A stretch of DNA of 64,000 nt from the human T2T-CHM13v2.0 reference genome, Homo sapiens. Every line of letters starts with the position of its first letter. Position 1 is the first letter of the stretch. This document shows positions 62,143-64,000 of the stretch, piece by piece. The position numbers and the translations under genes are program-made. Below the pieces are notes generated by a model. The model was not told the DNA's origin. It saw nothing but the letters and a program-made list of their open reading frames with translations, and did not search any database. Location of the stretch: the NCBI RefSeq assembly GCF_009914755.1, contig NC_060932.1; one strand, written 5' to 3'.

Positions 62143-63619
62143 TAGATGTTTAAGGCTCAGGAATAATGCTTTTGGTCTGATGGTCTGCCTCCAGGCCAGC
62201 TGGAGTGGTAGCATCACCCCCAGAGCTCTGTGGGGCTGCCCTGACCCTTCAGGTTGGTGGGGCATAGGTCTTATTGCTACCTCCGAGGGCCGCACCCTCT
62301 GAAACTGAGGAGGAAACAGCCTTTTCCCCTAGGCCTATGTTTAGCATGGCAGACCTGGTGATGTGTAAATCACCTTTGGGGTCATTCTTCTCTTGAAGAA
62401 TAACACATGTTAATGGCAGAATAGCTCTATGGTCCTGTCCTGTATAATCCAAGAAGGTCAACAGCCCCACTTCATTTCATCCCATCTCCATTTCCTTCAG
62501 TTCAAACAAGCATTGTTTCTGCTGGTACAATGCCATCTCTATTCCTGGCTTTTGCAGAGATTGATAATTAAATACAAAGTTCATACCCATGACCTCTTTT
62601 TCAAATGGTTGTTCAGCCACATGCAGTATTCTCTCAAGGACAAACTTTCTCAGTTTTTGCAATATAGATAGGCTAAAACTTTTTCAAATATCCAAGTTCT
62701 GGTTCCTTTTTGTTTAATAATTATTTCTTCAATTCATCTCTTTCCTATTGCATTGTACTATAAGCAGTCAGGAAAAGCTAAAGCACTCCTTTAACACTTT
62801 GCTTAGAAATATCCTCAACTAATATCAAAGTTTAATCACTTACAATTTTTACATCCCGTAATATACTAGAACAAGCCAAGTTCTTTGCCACTTTATTACA
62901 AGATCACCTTCCTCCAGTTTCCAATAGCATATTTCTCACTTCCACCTGAAATATAACCAGAATGGCCTTTAATACCCACATTTCTACCAATATTCTGTCA
63001 CAACTATGGATGTATTCCCTAAGAGACGGAAGCTTTCTCTCCAGCTCTCCTCCTTGTTCTGAGTCCTCACTAGAATTGCATTTAATGTCCATATTTCTAG
63101 TGTGCACCAGAAAACTCTTTCAGCCGCTAGCCATCACTCAGTTCCAAAACTGTTTCCACATTTTTGGGTATTTGTTGCTGCAGCAACCCACTCCCAATAC
63201 CAAAATCTGACTTCGTTTGCTTGGGCTGCCATAACAAAATTGCGTACATTGGTACTGAAACGACGGAAATTTATTTTTACACAGTTCTGAAGACTAAAAC
63301 TCTGAGATCAGGGTGCCAACACGATTGGTTTCTGGTGAAAGCTCTCTTCCTCGCTTGTAGATGGCCAGTGTCTCACCGTGACCTCACACGGCCTTCCCTC
63401 AATGTGTGCACACAAAAAGAGAGAGAAAGGGAGAGAGAGAGCATGCTCTGTGGTGTCTCTACTTATAAGGGCACTAATTCTATTATGAAGGTCCCATTCT
63501 CATGACCTTATCCAAACCTAATTATCTCAGAAAGGCCCTATCTCCAAATACCAACACATTAAAGGTTAGGACTTAAACATATGTATTTTAAGGGATACAA
63601 TTCAGTCCATAGCAGGTGG

Positions 63620-64000
63620 CCTTTTCAGAGATGACTATTCATGTCAAAAATAGCCAGAAATGTTTATTTGCACATAACAAGATTGTCTATGTAGAAACTC
63701 TGATGAAACATACAAAAAGCAGGCTTAGAATAAATAAGTAATTTTATCAAGATTGCAGGCTGTAAGATCAATACATAAAGCAATTATGTTTCCATATAAA
63801 AGCAAATAAAATACATAAGTGAAATATTAAAACAATACAGTTTCTAATAGCATTATGGTAAGGATAACTTTGGAATAAATCTGACAAATGATACTCAAGA
63901 TCTATAAGCTGAAAATTGTAAAAGATTAATGTGAATAATTAAAGAAGACAAAAATAAAGAGATATTATTTGTCTATGCATTAGGAGATACAATATTCTTA
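63620..64000 (+). mobile_element. Old L1M ORF2 fragment
   Basis: gattgtctatgtagaaa..aagattgcaggctgtaagatcaatac..attaaagaagac. Confidence 0.65.

Overview
Primate (human-like), AT-rich and repeat-dense DNA with no intact host gene or exon structure that I can support. The one recognisable gene-derived feature is a SOX5 processed pseudogene on the minus strand (~3570-5070). It appears to be copied from the short SOX5 isoform and has poly(A), degenerate TSDs, a nonsense codon and HMG-box frameshifts. The rest is mostly nested transposons: a THE1 provirus end; a near-full-length L1MB holding MLT1A, a full-length L1PA6, MER44, Tigger3a and Alus; an L1MC holding a 5'-inverted L1PB1; a decayed two-LTR ERV holding a solo LTR12C; a complete MLT1A provirus; and many Alus. 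Subfamily names come from remembered consensus sequences, not a database run. I cannot support a new biological system here. The best leads are the open ORF0 and antisense promoter of the L1PA6 pointing in the sense direction at the SOX5 retrocopy, the isoform fossil at the retrocopy 5' end, several templated-insertion or inversion scars, and an unassigned hairpin-bearing island near 41.3-42.2 kb.
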